This document shows, piece after piece, positions 1 to 12,295 of a stretch of DNA of 64,000 nt. The stretch is from assembly GCF_006345805.1 (NCBI RefSeq), contig NC_043001.1, positions 71,920,001-71,984,000 of the forward strand. The letters run 5' to 3'. Both the position numbers and the translations under genes were made by a program. Under the pieces are notes generated by a model. The model saw only the letters and a program-made list of their open reading frames with translations, had not been told where the DNA came from and did no database searches. This DNA is from Octopus sinensis (lineage: Eukaryota). How positions within the stretch are numbered: the stretch's first letter is position 1; each line of letters begins with the position of its first letter.

Positions 1-844
1 TTTTGACGGAGTCTTATGGACGCTATTGTGATACACAGCTTGTTTTGGACACCTTTAGATGTAGAGGAGCCCATAACTGCTCCTCAATTGATGTGTACAA
101 GCTGAGTATTCCACAGACGTCATTCTTGAGCAGAATCAGCATGGCCAGTCTGTACCTTTTGAATTACAGGTGCAATCCAGCCGATGGGCTTCAACACAGT
201 TTCCATTAACCCAATTTCACTCGCAAGATATGGGTTGACACGAGGTTATAGAAAATCACATTTGAACAAAATACCACGCAACGAGATCGACCCCAATACT
301 TAGTGGCTGCGAAGCGAACTTCTTAACCATTACGCCATACTGCAATCTACACACTGGCATTATCATCATCATTATCTCTATCACTACTGTCATCATCACC
401 AACACTAATCATCAACTTCATTATCACCATCACCATCTATTTATTGTCTAGTTTTCTATGTTAGCGTAGGTCGAACATGTCTGCTACGCGTGCAGATGAG
501 AATAACTACACACACGTCAATATGTACACACACAACTCAAGTGTGCTCATACACAATTCGTGTGTGAATACAGATTCTTAAAAAAAAATTTAGGATTTCA
601 ATTCTTTTGCTACTCTCAATCATTAGATTGCGCCTGTGCTGGAGTATCCCTCAAGGGGTTTTTGTTTGTTTGTTTTCTTAATTCATTTCATCATTCAGCT
701 AACAAGAATACTGAAAACTTTGGTGCAAGGGGAGATAACTCTGCCTCACATAAACATCACAGGTCATTTCTTTGAATTTATTAGATAGCAGTGAATGCGT
801 GAGTATAAGTGTTCGAGAGAGATGGTGAGAGAAAGAGATGGGGG

Positions 845-939
<95 letters not shown>

Positions 940-940
940 G

Positions 941-1215
941 CACGTAGCCTAATGGTTAGGGCGTTGCACTCACGATCGCAAGATCGTGGTTTCGATTCCC
1001 AAACTAGTGTTGCATTGTGTTCTTGGGCAAGATACTTCGTTTTACGTTGTTTTAGTTCACTTACCGGCAAATGGGTTACCCTGCGAGACGGACTGACGTT
1101 CCGTTCAGGGGTAATGTTGGCCTGCCTTTCTTCCCTGTTGTTTAATCTCAAACAAAAGCTAAAATAATGCGAGGAAGCGTATTGTGACCAGCGGTGTCTA
1201 ACATCCGATAATCTG
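941..1215 (+). mobile_element. tRNA-derived SINE
   Basis: A-box-like TAGCCTAATGG and B-box GGTTTCGATTCCC, followed by a non-tRNA body. Same family as 29178-29488. Confidence 0.75.
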
Positions 1216-1969
1216 ATCGATAAAAAAGATAGTGATGTTTAATAGCACAAGGCCAATACTTTCAAGCAGAGGATCTTAGTTGACAGTATTTAACTACAGT
1301 ATTTTATTGACACCAGAGGAACGAAAACCAAAGTTGACCCACGTGGGATTTGAACTCAGAATGTAATGAGTAAAAAGAAACACCAGAAGGTATTTTGTTC
1401 ATCACAAATAATTCTGCCAATCGGCTACATTTTCATCAATAAATGTTTCTAAATTTGTCTCAAAATTTTGGAGATGGTCATCAAACCTAGTATTTAATTT
1501 GGTACTTTATTTTATCAACCCTGGAGGAACAAAAAGGAAAGTTACCTTGGCAAGATTTGACTCATAAAATAAAGAACTGAAATAAATATTAAATGACATT
1601 TTGTTCAATGCACCAATGAATACTAATCCACTGTAATTGTGTCCATAAATAAATGGTTTCTAATTTAGGACATGGTTGGTAATCTTGAGGGAAAGGAGAG
1701 TACTCAGTACCACTGACTCCATGCCAGTGTAACATAAAATGCACTCGTGCCAGTGACATCTATATAAACCCATGCCAGCATCGAAAACGGACATTAAACA
1801 ATAAAGATGATGATGATCTGAAAAGGATAAAAACCAAATGACTGCAACTAGATTTGAACTCAGAACATCGGGAATGGGAAGAAATACTGCTAAAGTATTT
1901 TGTCACACTTGCTAACAATTCTGTCATTTCATCACCTTAATTGTTTCAAATCTTAGCCAGCAATTTTAA

Positions 1970-2188
1970 CCCTTTCGTTATCAACCCGGCTGAAACCATT
2001 TGTCTCTGTAGTACAAATGTCTTGTTTTCATAAGTTTTGAATTAAAATCTTCCACCAAACCTTAGTCACAATTTATGTTCCTAACACTAGCTTAATGATA
2101 ACTAAGTTATTTTACTAAATTCTTTGTCATATTTAAAGTAATTGAAAGAAACACAGAGAATCTCAAAATAAATACAGTAATGAAAGGG
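1970..2188. mobile_element. piggyBac-type MITE
   Basis: TTAA|CCCTTTCGTTA ... TAATGAAAGGG|TGAA. CCC/GGG termini with a TTAA-like target site. Confidence 0.6.
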
Positions 2189-3305
2189 TGAAGGGAAAGG
2201 CTCAATCACTTAAATCAACCCCAATACTTAATTAGGATTTTATTTTATCAACTGCAGAAAGGATGAAAAGCACTCTTGATCAGGATTTGGACTCAAAACA
2301 CAAAGAACCAGAAGAAATACTGCAAATCATTGGTCAAACACAAACAATTCTGCCAGCTTGCTGTTTTCGAAACTTTGTAATTTGTGTCCAAAACTTCATA
2401 ATTTTTCAATCAATAAAACTCATTTCTTGAAGTAATTTATGAATGAACAACAATAATGGCTGGAAATTTTGGCACAAAGCCAACAGTTTTGGGAAAGGGG
2501 TAAGTCGATTACATCAACCCACAGTGCTCAACTGGTACTTATTTTATCAACTCCAAAAGGATGAAAGGCAAAATCATCCCTGGCAGCATTTGAACTCAGA
2601 ATGTAAAGACAGACAAAATGCCGCTTGGCATTTTACCAGGCTTGCTAATGGTTCTGCCACCTCACCACTTTTGGCTGAACAACAATAGTAATGTGCACAC
2701 ACATGCACACGCACACACACATGAATATGCAAAATACATAAATACACACACACACAAGCATGTGCACACTGACACACACACACACACACAAACACATGCA
2801 AAAAATCTCAAACAGACAAACAAATGCACCCTCTATAACAGAGTCAATAGTCACTGAGGTTGCAAAAGAGCAATGAAAGAGCTTTGACAAAAAAAAACGG
2901 ATATTTAATAAATGGGTCGAATTGAACCAGTCTGTGTTAATTATATTGGCATGATGACTCTCCTGAGACACAACAAAATTTGCTTCAATACACGAATTCA
3001 TGTAAAGAATCTTGAAAACCAGATACAAAAACAAAGTAATTAAAATTAAACATCCTTTATTAAATTTTGTCTCAAATATAATAATGCACATTAATGCAGG
3101 AGACTCCGGTGTAGAAAGTCATCAAAAAATATTTTGGGATCTATAAATTATATCTTGTAATTCTAGTTAGCAAGTGTTTATGCAAAGCGATGTATGTAAC
3201 AGATTTGAAATATATTGAAACATCGATCAGGAGATGGAAAGTATCCTGCTCTTCTATTGGCCCAGTAAGAAAATTATAATTTTGTGTACCATGTATGCAT
3301 GCATG

Positions 3306-3347
<42 letters not shown>

Positions 3348-3353
3348 TGTGCA

Positions 3354-3387
<34 letters not shown>

Positions 3388-3601
3388 CATGTGTGTGTGT
3401 GTGTGTGTTTTGCTTGTTTTGATTTTATTTCCAGAAGTCTGTAATATTCAAAACTTGTTATGAGGCAGTTTGGGTAAAGCTTTTGAGGTGAAAATTCTTT
3501 ATTTTCGTTTTTATTTATTTCCTCACCGTTATGAAAAATCACTGTGTGCTTGTGTGTGCGTTTATGTTTGAGTATGTCTGTGTGTATAAATATGTATGTA
3601 T

Positions 3602-3665
<64 letters not shown>

Positions 3666-3737
3666 ATTATAGTTCATTAAGACCAGTCCAGTAGCCACCT
3701 GTTACGCAGTTTCTAAAGCATCCAACCACAAACTGTG

Positions 3738-3743
3738 TTTATT
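3738..3743 (-). promoter_or_regulatory. Candidate SUOX polyadenylation signal
   Basis: AATAAA on the minus strand about 670 nt past the stop codon. No transcript evidence. Confidence 0.3.
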
Positions 3744-3833
3744 CTATCTAATATTGGTTCATGGATATTATATAAACTCTGCTTGTATATACATATATAC
3801 ATATGTATATATTCATAGATATATAAACAGTTA

Positions 3834-4307
3834 ATAAACCTATATTTGGGAAAAGAGCTGGCTGTCGGAAATAGAAGGCATATAACCACACTGTGTTGTA
3901 GATGTGTGTTGATGAAAATTCTGTGTTGTGGCCTCTAGCAGAATATTTGAAGTCAATGTGATCTGACCATTTGGCAAGTAGCTGCTTGATTAAATACGAG
4001 ATAAAGTATGATATAGGAAATATAGGAGGAAAAATTAAAAGCAAAACCCACAACGAGAAGGGAAAAAAACTAACAATTTGCGTACTTCCTGAGACCATCA
4101 GCAAGCCAATCTGGCTGAACAATTTTTTTTATCTTCCAATTTTTTTTTTATTGTTCAAACTATCTGAAGAAGTGACTGCATACCTAAGAAACTCCTATGT
4201 AAGAGGCCACCGGACAGACCTTAAACTATTGTACTCTATATTTATCTACAACACAGTATGGTTATATGCCGCCTATTTCTGACAGCCAGCTGTTTTCCAA
4301 ATGTAGG

Positions 4308-4312
<5 letters not shown>
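3834..4312. repeat. About 70-bp imperfect inverted repeat downstream of the SUOX stop codon
   Basis: 3834-3903 is the reverse complement of 4244-4312 (atctacaacacagt.tggttatatgcc..ctatttc.gacagccagct). Confidence 0.85.
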
Positions 4313-4355
<43 letters not shown>

Positions 4356-4416
4356 ATATAAACAAAATTAAAATTGTTTTTTCTTAAAAAAACTTTCCTA
4401 GCAATATTTGGGGAAA

Positions 4417-4941
4417 TTATGCTTCTTCCTTGTCAACATGTACCAAAACTCGATGCCAAGCATTACTTAGGACTCCTCTCAAATTCCATATTCCTTCAAC
4501 AGAATCAGGTTGTGTGTTATAAGAAATATCAGTTGCTTTGCACACAAGATTCAATGAACCATTGTGGTCTTTTGGGACTTCAACAGTTGCTGACCATAAA
4601 GTCCATGCATATGTACGGTATAGAGACTGCTTTGCTGTCTGTAGGGATGCAGTTTGCCAAGTCTTTCCACCGTCAACAGAAATATCTACACGTATTATTC
4701 CACGACCACCACCACTCCAAGCATATCCTTGTATTTCAATCTCTTCATCATCTTCGTTAATATGGCTACCTTGGGAAGGGTTAGAGATCACAGACTGTAC
4801 AGGAAATTGTTGAATAGATTCTGCAGAATCAAAATCAACATTATGCCAATCAACTGAAGAGTTAAACCCTTTGTAATCTCGACGTTGCCAATGACTGGTA
4901 CTTTCTTCAGAACTGAGTATGATCTTTTTCAGCCATTTCAC
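4417..4941 (-). CDS. SUOX: Sulfite oxidase exon 3 (end of Moco domain plus dimerisation domain, stop codon)
   Basis: tttcag|GTG acceptor at 4942-4943. Translation VKWLKKI...QGYAWSGGGRGIIRVDISVDGGKTW...CKATDISYNTQP...WNLRGVLSNAWHRV matches the sulfite oxidase C-terminus. TAA at 4419-4417. Phase 0, consistent with exon 2. Confidence 0.96.
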   Translation of the reverse strand: MKWLKKIILSSEESTSHWQRRDYKGFNSSVDWHNVDFDSAESIQQFPVQSVISNPSQGSHINEDDEEIEIQGYAWSGGGRGIIRVDISVDGGKTWQTASLQTAKQSLYRTYAWTLWSATVEVPKDHNGSLNLVCKATDISYNTQPDSVEGIWNLRGVLSNAWHRVLVHVDKEEA

Positions 4942-5166
4942 CTGAAAGCAAGAGAAAAAAAGTATTTTTTTAAATTAAACATAGGAGGCACATACATGGT
5001 TGTGTGGTACAAAAGTTTGCATCCCAACCACGTGATTTCAGGTTCAGTCTGACTGTACAGCACTTGAGATTATTTTCAACTATAGCTGTGGGCCAAGCTA
5101 AGTCATGTGAGTGCTATTGGTAGACAAAAGGTGTGTGGAAGACAGACAGAGAGACAGATAAATAGA

Positions 5167-5211
<45 letters not shown>

Positions 5212-5216
<5 letters not shown>

Positions 5217-5720
5217 CACTATTATGTAATTCAAACAATGATAGACATAAATCAAATCATAAAGAAAAAATAAAATATATTATAAAACATAACTAGATCA
5301 CCTGGTCCTACTTTTTAAGTTTCAATTTTAATTAACGGAGTTTCTTCTATAAGAACAATCATGATTTTATATCGTTAAGAAATATTGTTTAATTCTATTT
5401 GATTATTTATTTAACTATTATTGTTATTATTATTGACCTGAGGAGTGACTATACTTTTGAATTTAAGTCATAGCCACGAAATGTATGTAGTCTTTTTACT
5501 TATATATTGTTTATTCATTTTTTGTACTTTTTGTGATCTAGTTATATGTTTTATAATATATTTTATTTTTTCTTTATGATTTGGTTTATGTCTATCATTG
5601 TTTGAATTACATAATAGTGTTTTTTCTCTAATTTATATATATTACATATTTATATTCTGAAATTTGACTTAATACTAAATTGGATTTTTTCCCTGTAAGT
5701 CTGGAGTTATACTATAATAA
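5212..5720 (+). mobile_element. PLE pLTR-like mini-element with 5' inverted arm and hammerhead
   Basis: Starts at (TA)n. 5212-5300 is an inverted copy of about 5535-5625. HHR motif at 5432-5492. The 3' part resembles 12300-12530 and 39180-39250. Confidence 0.65.
5432..5492 (+). ncRNA. Type I hammerhead ribozyme (slightly degenerate)
   Basis: gac CTGAGGA GTGACTAT-ACTT..AAGT-c-ATAGCCAC GAAA Tgtat GTA gtc. Stem I gac/gtc, stem II about 12 bp, GUA cleavage triplet. Confidence 0.7.
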
Positions 5721-5762
5721 TATAATATATTATTATTATAATATATTATTATTATTATTATT

Positions 5763-5798
<36 letters not shown>

Positions 5799-5820
5799 AT
5801 ATATATATATATATATATAT

Positions 5821-5960
5821 AGACAGCTGTGTGAAATGTGTTACCAAAAAGGAAAACTATAATTGCCACTAAATATGACCAGCATGTTAGAACAACTACA
5901 CTGTTGGCTCTTATTTCTTGCAATGAAGGTATATACTGTATAATATATATATATATATAC

Positions 5961-5993
<33 letters not shown>

Positions 5994-6330
5994 AGATGAT
6001 AGAGTGCATGCACATACATGAGTGTGCTCCGTGTGTTTGTTTACTTTTGCATTCTATGAGAGTTGTGATGTACCAGCAGTGTTCTTGTCAATTCTCCTGC
6101 CAAGTCATCTGCTGGTTTTGTACCTTTGAAAGCACATGAAGCTTTGTACCTTGAAAAGCAGGTGAGGGTTAGTAACAGAAAGGGTATCTGGGTGTAAAAC
6201 AATGCCTCAATAATATAATCATCTAGCCCATGCTAGCTTTGAAAAATACGTGAAAATGAACAAATAACATATACATTTATATATCATTCATGTACATTTT
6301 TAAGTACATGAATGTGTCTATGTATATATA

Positions 6331-6363
<33 letters not shown>

Positions 6364-6502
6364 GACAGCTGTGTGAAATGTGTTACCAAAAAGGAAAACT
6401 ATAATTGCCACTAAATATGACCAGCATGTTAGAACAACTACACTGTTGGCTCTTATTTCTTGCAATGAAGGTATATACTGTATAATATATATATATATAT
6501 AC

Positions 6503-6533
<31 letters not shown>

Positions 6534-6858
6534 AGATGATAGAGTGCATGCACATACATGAGTGTGCTCCGTGTGTTTGTTTACTTTTGCATTCTATGAG
6601 AGTTGTGATGTACCAGCAGTGTTCTTGTCAATTCTCCTGCCAAGTCATCTGCTGGTTTTGTACCTTTGAAAGCACATGAAGCTTTGTACCTTGAAAAGCA
6701 GGTGAGGGTTAGTAACAGAAAGGGTATCTGGGTGTAAAACAATGCCTCAATAATATAATCATCTAGCCCATGCTAGCTTTGAAAAATACGTGAAAATGAA
6801 CAAATAACATATACATTTATATATCATTCATGTACATTTTTAAGTACATGAATGTGTC

Positions 6859-6865
<7 letters not shown>
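5821..6865. repeat. Tandem duplication, period 542 bp, joined by (TA)n
   Basis: agacagctgtgtgaaatg... starts at 5821 and 6363. The overlapping ORF translations are identical in both copies. Confidence 0.9.
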
Positions 6866-6931
<66 letters not shown>

Positions 6932-7119
6932 ATATATAATATATATATGTATGTGTATATATAATATATATATATATGTGTATATATAATATATATATTT
7001 ATGTGTATATATAATATATATATATGTATGTGTATATATAATATATATATGTATGTGTATATATAATATATATATATGTATGTGTATATATAATATATAT
7101 ATGTATGTGTATATATAAT

Positions 7120-8620
7120 ATACATCTTGTGTTCTTCTTGTGTTCATTTGTGGTGTTAATTGCAACTTTGAGATTATAGAAGAAATGGCATGTTTGCAGT
7201 ATACATGGAACAACAACTGGAGAAAATATTTTCATATAGGTGCAGAAAACTTTGCAAAACTATAACCTTCAGTGGAATCAGCTTCAGTGTGTTACAGTCC
7301 ATGGAGGAAAAAACATGGCAGGAGTGAGGGAGGGTTTGGTAGGGCAAATCCAGACCAAGTTGGAAGAGCTTCAACTTCCAAAAGCTCTGTTTATACACTG
7401 CATTATACATCAGCAAGTATTCTATGGAAAACACTTAGATATTTCTTGCATACTAAAACCGGTTACAACTGTGGTGAACTTTTTTCGGAATCATGGGCTT
7501 AATCACCGACAGTTCCAGGCTTTCCTTGAAGAAATGGATTCTAATTGCTGTGACTTGCCTTACTACACAGAAGTGAGATGGCTCAGTTGCGGTAAAGTCC
7601 TGTTTCATTTTTATAAGTTCCGAAGAGAAATAGATCTTTTTCTCACCAAAAAGAATAGAGCTGATCCACAGCTGTCAGATACTTCATGATTATCAAAGTT
7701 GTCATTTTTAGTTGACGTCACTTCTCATATGAATGAATTGAATTTAAAACTTCAAGGAAAGAATAACCTTGTCTGTGACCTCTACAGAATTATTACAGCA
7801 TTTCAGAGAAAGCTGTCATTTTTTGAAGCACAATTTGAAGGAGGAAACTTCTCTCATTTTCAGTGTTTCCAAGAGTTTTGCACAGAAAATATGGAACATG
7901 TTAGCCTCAAGTTTCAGAAAAAATCATTTGGGACTTAAATAAGCATTTTTCTCAAAGATTTTCCAATCTTGACAGAATTGAGAATGAAATTCTTTTGTTT
8001 GAGAATCCCTTTGGCTGTAATCTCGATAACTTGCCAACTGAACTACAACTGGAGCTTATTGACTTGAAAGCTAATACCTTGTTGAAAGAGAAGCACAGAA
8101 AAGGAAAACTGATTGAATTTTATCGCTGCTTGCCAGCTGATGAGTTTTCAAAATTGAAAAAATTTGCCTCAGGTATGGCATTAGTTTTTGGAACAACTTG
8201 TGAGCAAACTTTTTCAAAAATGAAGTGTGTGAAGTCAATACATCAAACAAGGCTCACTGACGAACATTTGAAAGCAATTCTTATGGTTGACTGCAGCAAT
8301 CATAAAGCAAATGTTGATGATAATTTGGGACCAAAATGCCAGTTTCACAAATCTCATTAACTTCTGTACTGCTTACATTTTATGCAATTCAGCTATGTGC
8401 ACACTTTTTCTAAAAATTCTGACTTGGTAATATTTTGGTATTGTTGAAATATATTTATTTATTTTATGTATTGATAAATAAATAGGATGACTGTCTTTAT
8501 TTTTTGTGTACATTCAGCATATTCTATAGTGTACTGAATTGAACAAAATAATAATCTGGCCTGTGCTTGGCATTCTTTTAGCTGTATCTGGCCCACTATG
8601 AAAATGTTTGGTGACCGCTG
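7120..8620 (+). mobile_element. 5'-truncated hAT (Charlie/Buster/SPIN, GTF2IRD2-like) transposon remnant
   Basis: Broken ORFs 7240-8360 with EVRWLSCGKVL, MNELNLKLQGK and CEQTFSKMK. Right TIR (reverse complement CAGCGGTCACCAAAC) ends at 8620, followed by ATCTAGAT, which fits the NTCTAGAN target consensus. Confidence 0.85.
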
Positions 8621-9599
8621 ATCTAGATTTATGCATTATTAAATTAGGGGTGGTTTTTCAGGATGTATTAAAGCATAAGGTAGGTCTTGCAGGTATGATA
8701 AGAGCATTTGTTACTAAAATACTTTATTAGTATGAATGAAGGGATCAAGAATATAAGATGTTAGCAAACTTATATGCAGAGATGTGTGGGAAAAATCAAT
8801 CCACATGGTGTGTGTGTGTGGGTGTGCACATGCACACATGCTTGCATCCTCTTGCCTTGACATTGCATGATAGTTGTAAATGAGTATCACTGTCATACAA
8901 GCAGTGCCGTTCATTTCCAATATTGTATGAGAACATGTCTGGTCATGGAGAAATATTACTTTGCTTGGAAATAAGAGAGGGTTGACAACAACAAAGACAT
9001 CCAGCCATAGAAAATCTGACTCAATAAACTCCACCCACCCCATGCAAGCAAAGAAAAATGGATATTAAAACAATGATGACACTGATGTTGATGATGATGA
9101 TGATGATGATGATTATCATCATCATCACATTGACGATGATGATGACGACAACAATGATGATGTGCAAAAGTTCACACACAAGACTTTGATCACTCTAGGG
9201 CTACAGTAGAAGACACTTGCGTATGGTGCCACACAGTGGGACTGAACTCAAAGACACATGGTCAGGAAGTAAGCTTCTTAACCACTAATCATGATTCTTG
9301 CTCGCCTCTGATACTGAAGGCATGGTAATTATATATATATATATATATGTGCACATATATATATAAATATGCTGTAAAATATTTTAAGCATAAAAAATAT
9401 TTTATTCATATAAAACCAAACCATGGGCAAGTTAAAACCTTACCAAGGGTTGTGTGTTTAACATCCTTGTATGAAATATTTGATCATCATCATCATCATC
9501 ATTTAGCGTCCAAAGAAGGAAAGGATAAAGACAAAGAGAAAGAAATATATAGAGAGGAAGATAGCGTAAAAAGAAAAGAGAGTGTGTATATCAGCTCAC

Positions 9600-10564
9600 C
9601 TGACGGGCTCCAACAACACCAGGAATGATAACACGTAATGGATAACCATGATCAGCCGTTAACTCTTCTCCATTCATTTCATATGCAAGAATGACATCCT
9701 GTTGAATTACTTTAAACAAATCAATGGGTATTGAAGCTCCATAGGGTGCTCCCGTGGGATCTAAATCCAGCCCTTCAAACTGAATATGTTTGTATCCTGT
9801 ATTAGTGAAATCAATACCAGCATGTTTAAGGACATCAATTAACCGTACACCACTCCAAACACCATTACCAATTGCAGCGTTTCCCCAGTTTAAGCCTTTT
9901 ACTGTTTTGATTTCTTTCATTTCACTCCGCCGATTACCTGCACACTGCACCACTGATGTGACATCATGTTTTGGAAATTTCTTCAAGTCTTTCACTGACA
10001 AGCTAATAGTTCTCTTAGAATTTTCTGTCGTTACATCAAGTCGATATGTTTCCACGTTAACTTCTGGTACAGGGAGGTGATTTCTGACAAAGAAGATTTC
10101 TTTGGGTGTCAAAAATTTCTCAGTTAGAATTTCTACTGGTGGTTCAGCATTAAATGGTTTCATAGATGATGGAATCAGTGCTGGATGTCGCTTTGGGTCA
10201 TTAGCATAAGGGTCGTTAACATCCTGGGCTTTTTTTATATCCTCTTCATCAGGCTTAAAATTACCAATCCGATAGGTTTCTAAGATTGCAAAAATTTCTG
10301 AATTCTTATGGACAGCATATAGTGACCAGAATGGTTCTATAGATTTCCCCGCAGCCAGATAAATTTTCTTGCCTCCAGGATGGCTTTCAACATAGTCAGT
10401 GATGTCGTAAACCCCTTTTTTATAAGTGACCCATATTTTAGTCTCTTTCGAACAATGCTTGGCTACTTCCTCTTTTGTATATGTTGGTAAATTGTCCAAA
10501 GGTTTTCCAGCTTCCACATAGTCTGCTGCTGATTCTGGGTTTGCCTGAATGTAAGCATATAAAC
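9600..10564 (-). CDS. SUOX: Sulfite oxidase exon 2 (cytochrome b5 heme domain plus Moco domain)
   Basis: ctgcag| acceptor and CAG|gtgagc donor. 965 nt. Motifs WVTYKKGVYDITDYVESHPGG (b5), FFVRNHLPVP, QCAGNRR (Moco Cys) and DHGYPLRVIIPGVVGARQ. Exon 1 plus exon 2 = 1200 nt, keeping frame. Confidence 0.97.
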
Positions 10565-10958
10565 CTGCAGAATGAACCAAAAAGACAAAGAAATTAAATC
10601 CAAATAATCTAGTTAGTTATTGATTAAAGTAACACTCAGTTATATCAAACACACAAATGCAAAAGTAACCAGACAGGATTTATCTTTACTATGAATGATA
10701 TCTATATATCATCATCATCTAGTCATTAATGCTCAGATCACTGAGTCATATTCATCTTTTAATAGCTGAGTGTCTCAGCAACAAATACCATGATTACAAA
10801 TGAAGGCAGAGTTTGCTAACTGAACTGACTGGTCTGGCCATTAACAGTTTGTTGACTGTTCAACAGCTCAGTAGCTAGTGATATTCTCCACCAGTGGTCC
10901 CCTTTGTTTCCAATTTACTTTCAAGTGAACTCTCATTTGATGTTTAGAAATCCTTTTA

Positions 10959-11358
10959 TATTGTTTTATTTTGGGATGGTCATGTTTTATTCTTGCCAAA
11001 TAAACACATGCACTATATATTCATTCTTCACTTCAGCTTTATTATTGTTCTTATTCTAACTTATGTCCATTGTTTGGAAATCTTTGTGACACATTTGTGA
11101 CATCTTCAGCGATTCTGCCATCCCACATGTATCCTCCTGTTCCGTTTAGTCCAGACAGAGTGGACTAAACAGAACAGGAGGATATACATGGGATGGAAAA
11201 GTCACTGAAGAGGTCACAGATGTGTGACGAAAGATTTCCAGATAATGAACATAAGATAAAATAAGAACAATAATAAGGCTGAAGTAAAGAATGAATATAT
11301 ATAGTGCATGTGTTTATTTGGCAAGGAAAAAAAATTACCATCCCAAAATATAACAATA
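10959..11358. mobile_element. Fully palindromic MITE (about 195-bp arms, TA ends) in SUOX intron 1
   Basis: TATTGTTTTATTTTGGGATGGT ... ACCATCCCAAAATATAACAATA. Arms meet at gtttagtcca-gacagag-tggactaaac. A related half copy lies at about 20820-21000. Confidence 0.85.
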
Positions 11359-11529
11359 TCTGTTTCAACATAATTCCACATCAGTAAAACAAATTCATAA
11401 ATGTAAACTCCTATTATATTTTTATAATAAAATATTAGGAATTGTATAAAGAAATATTTTTTATATTTTGTGTATTGTAGAAGTATAACCTATTTATTGC
11501 ACATCAATTTTCAACAATAAAGTCTTATA

Positions 11530-12048
11530 GGAGTGGCTGTGTGGTAAGTAGTTTGCTTACCAACCACATGGTTCTGGGTTCAGTCCCACTGTGTGGCACC
11601 TTGGGCAAGTGTCTTCTACTATAGCCTCAGGCCAACCAAAGCCTTGCGAGTGGATTTGATAGACGGAAACTCAGAGTAACAGGTTTTGTTGAATTTTTCT
11701 GCTGCTTTAAATAAAGCATATTACTCTACCACTGGTATTTGAGTACTCTTTTTTCCACCTTGTTTCACATTTATGTGTTTACTCCGGTATATATATATAT
11801 ATATGTATATATATGTATGTGTGTGTATATGTTTGTGTGTCTGTCCCCCCAACATCGCTTAACAACCGATGCTGGTGTGTTTACGTCCCTGTAACTTAGC
11901 GGCTCAGCAAAAAGAGACTAATAGAATAAGTACTAGGCTTTCAAAGAATAAGTCCCGGGGTCGATTTGCTCGACTAAAGGCGGTACTCCAGCATGGCCAC
12001 AGTCAAATGACTGAAACAAGTAAAAGAGTAAAAAGAGAGTAAAGAGAG
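11530..12048 (+). mobile_element. tRNA-derived SINE, composite
   Basis: GGAGTGGCTGTGTGGTAAG...GGGTTCAGTCCC head and an aaagagta-type tail. Related pieces at about 53815-54110 and 63690-63850. Confidence 0.7.
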
Positions 12049-12078
12049 TATATATATATACATACATACATATATATA

Positions 12079-12123
<45 letters not shown>

Positions 12124-12155
12124 TATACATATACACACACACACACATATATATA

Positions 12156-12217
<62 letters not shown>

Positions 12218-12220
<3 letters not shown>

Positions 12221-12295
12221 AGTGGCTATATTTAAATTGAATTGATTTTACTGTTATCAGTTTTTAAATATAGCCACGAAACACATGTAGTCAAT
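12218..12295 (+). ncRNA. 5'-truncated hammerhead (core CTG lost into a TA tract)
   Basis: (TA)n AAGA GTGGCTATATTTAAA...TTTAAATATAGCCAC GAAAC ACAT GTA gtcaat. Perfect 15-bp stem II. Same family as 5432. Confidence 0.6.

Noticed and set aside
941-1010. tRNA-like sequences here and at 11530, 29420-29488 and 34103
   Set aside because: No complete cloverleaf, and they continue into SINE bodies, so they are not tRNA genes.
3748-4282. Opposite-strand ORFs sharing IYNTVWLYA
   Set aside because: The shared peptide only reflects the DNA inverted repeat. No coding evidence.
10240-10256. Minus-strand CTGATGAAGAG
   Set aside because: Coding sequence of SUOX (PDEED), with no downstream stem or GAAA.
11205-11240. 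CTGAAGA-GGTCACA-gatg-TGTGAC-GAAA hammerhead-like core in the MITE arm (also at about 20866)
   Set aside because: No NUH triplet closing stem III and no stem I partner. It lies in one arm of a palindromic MITE.
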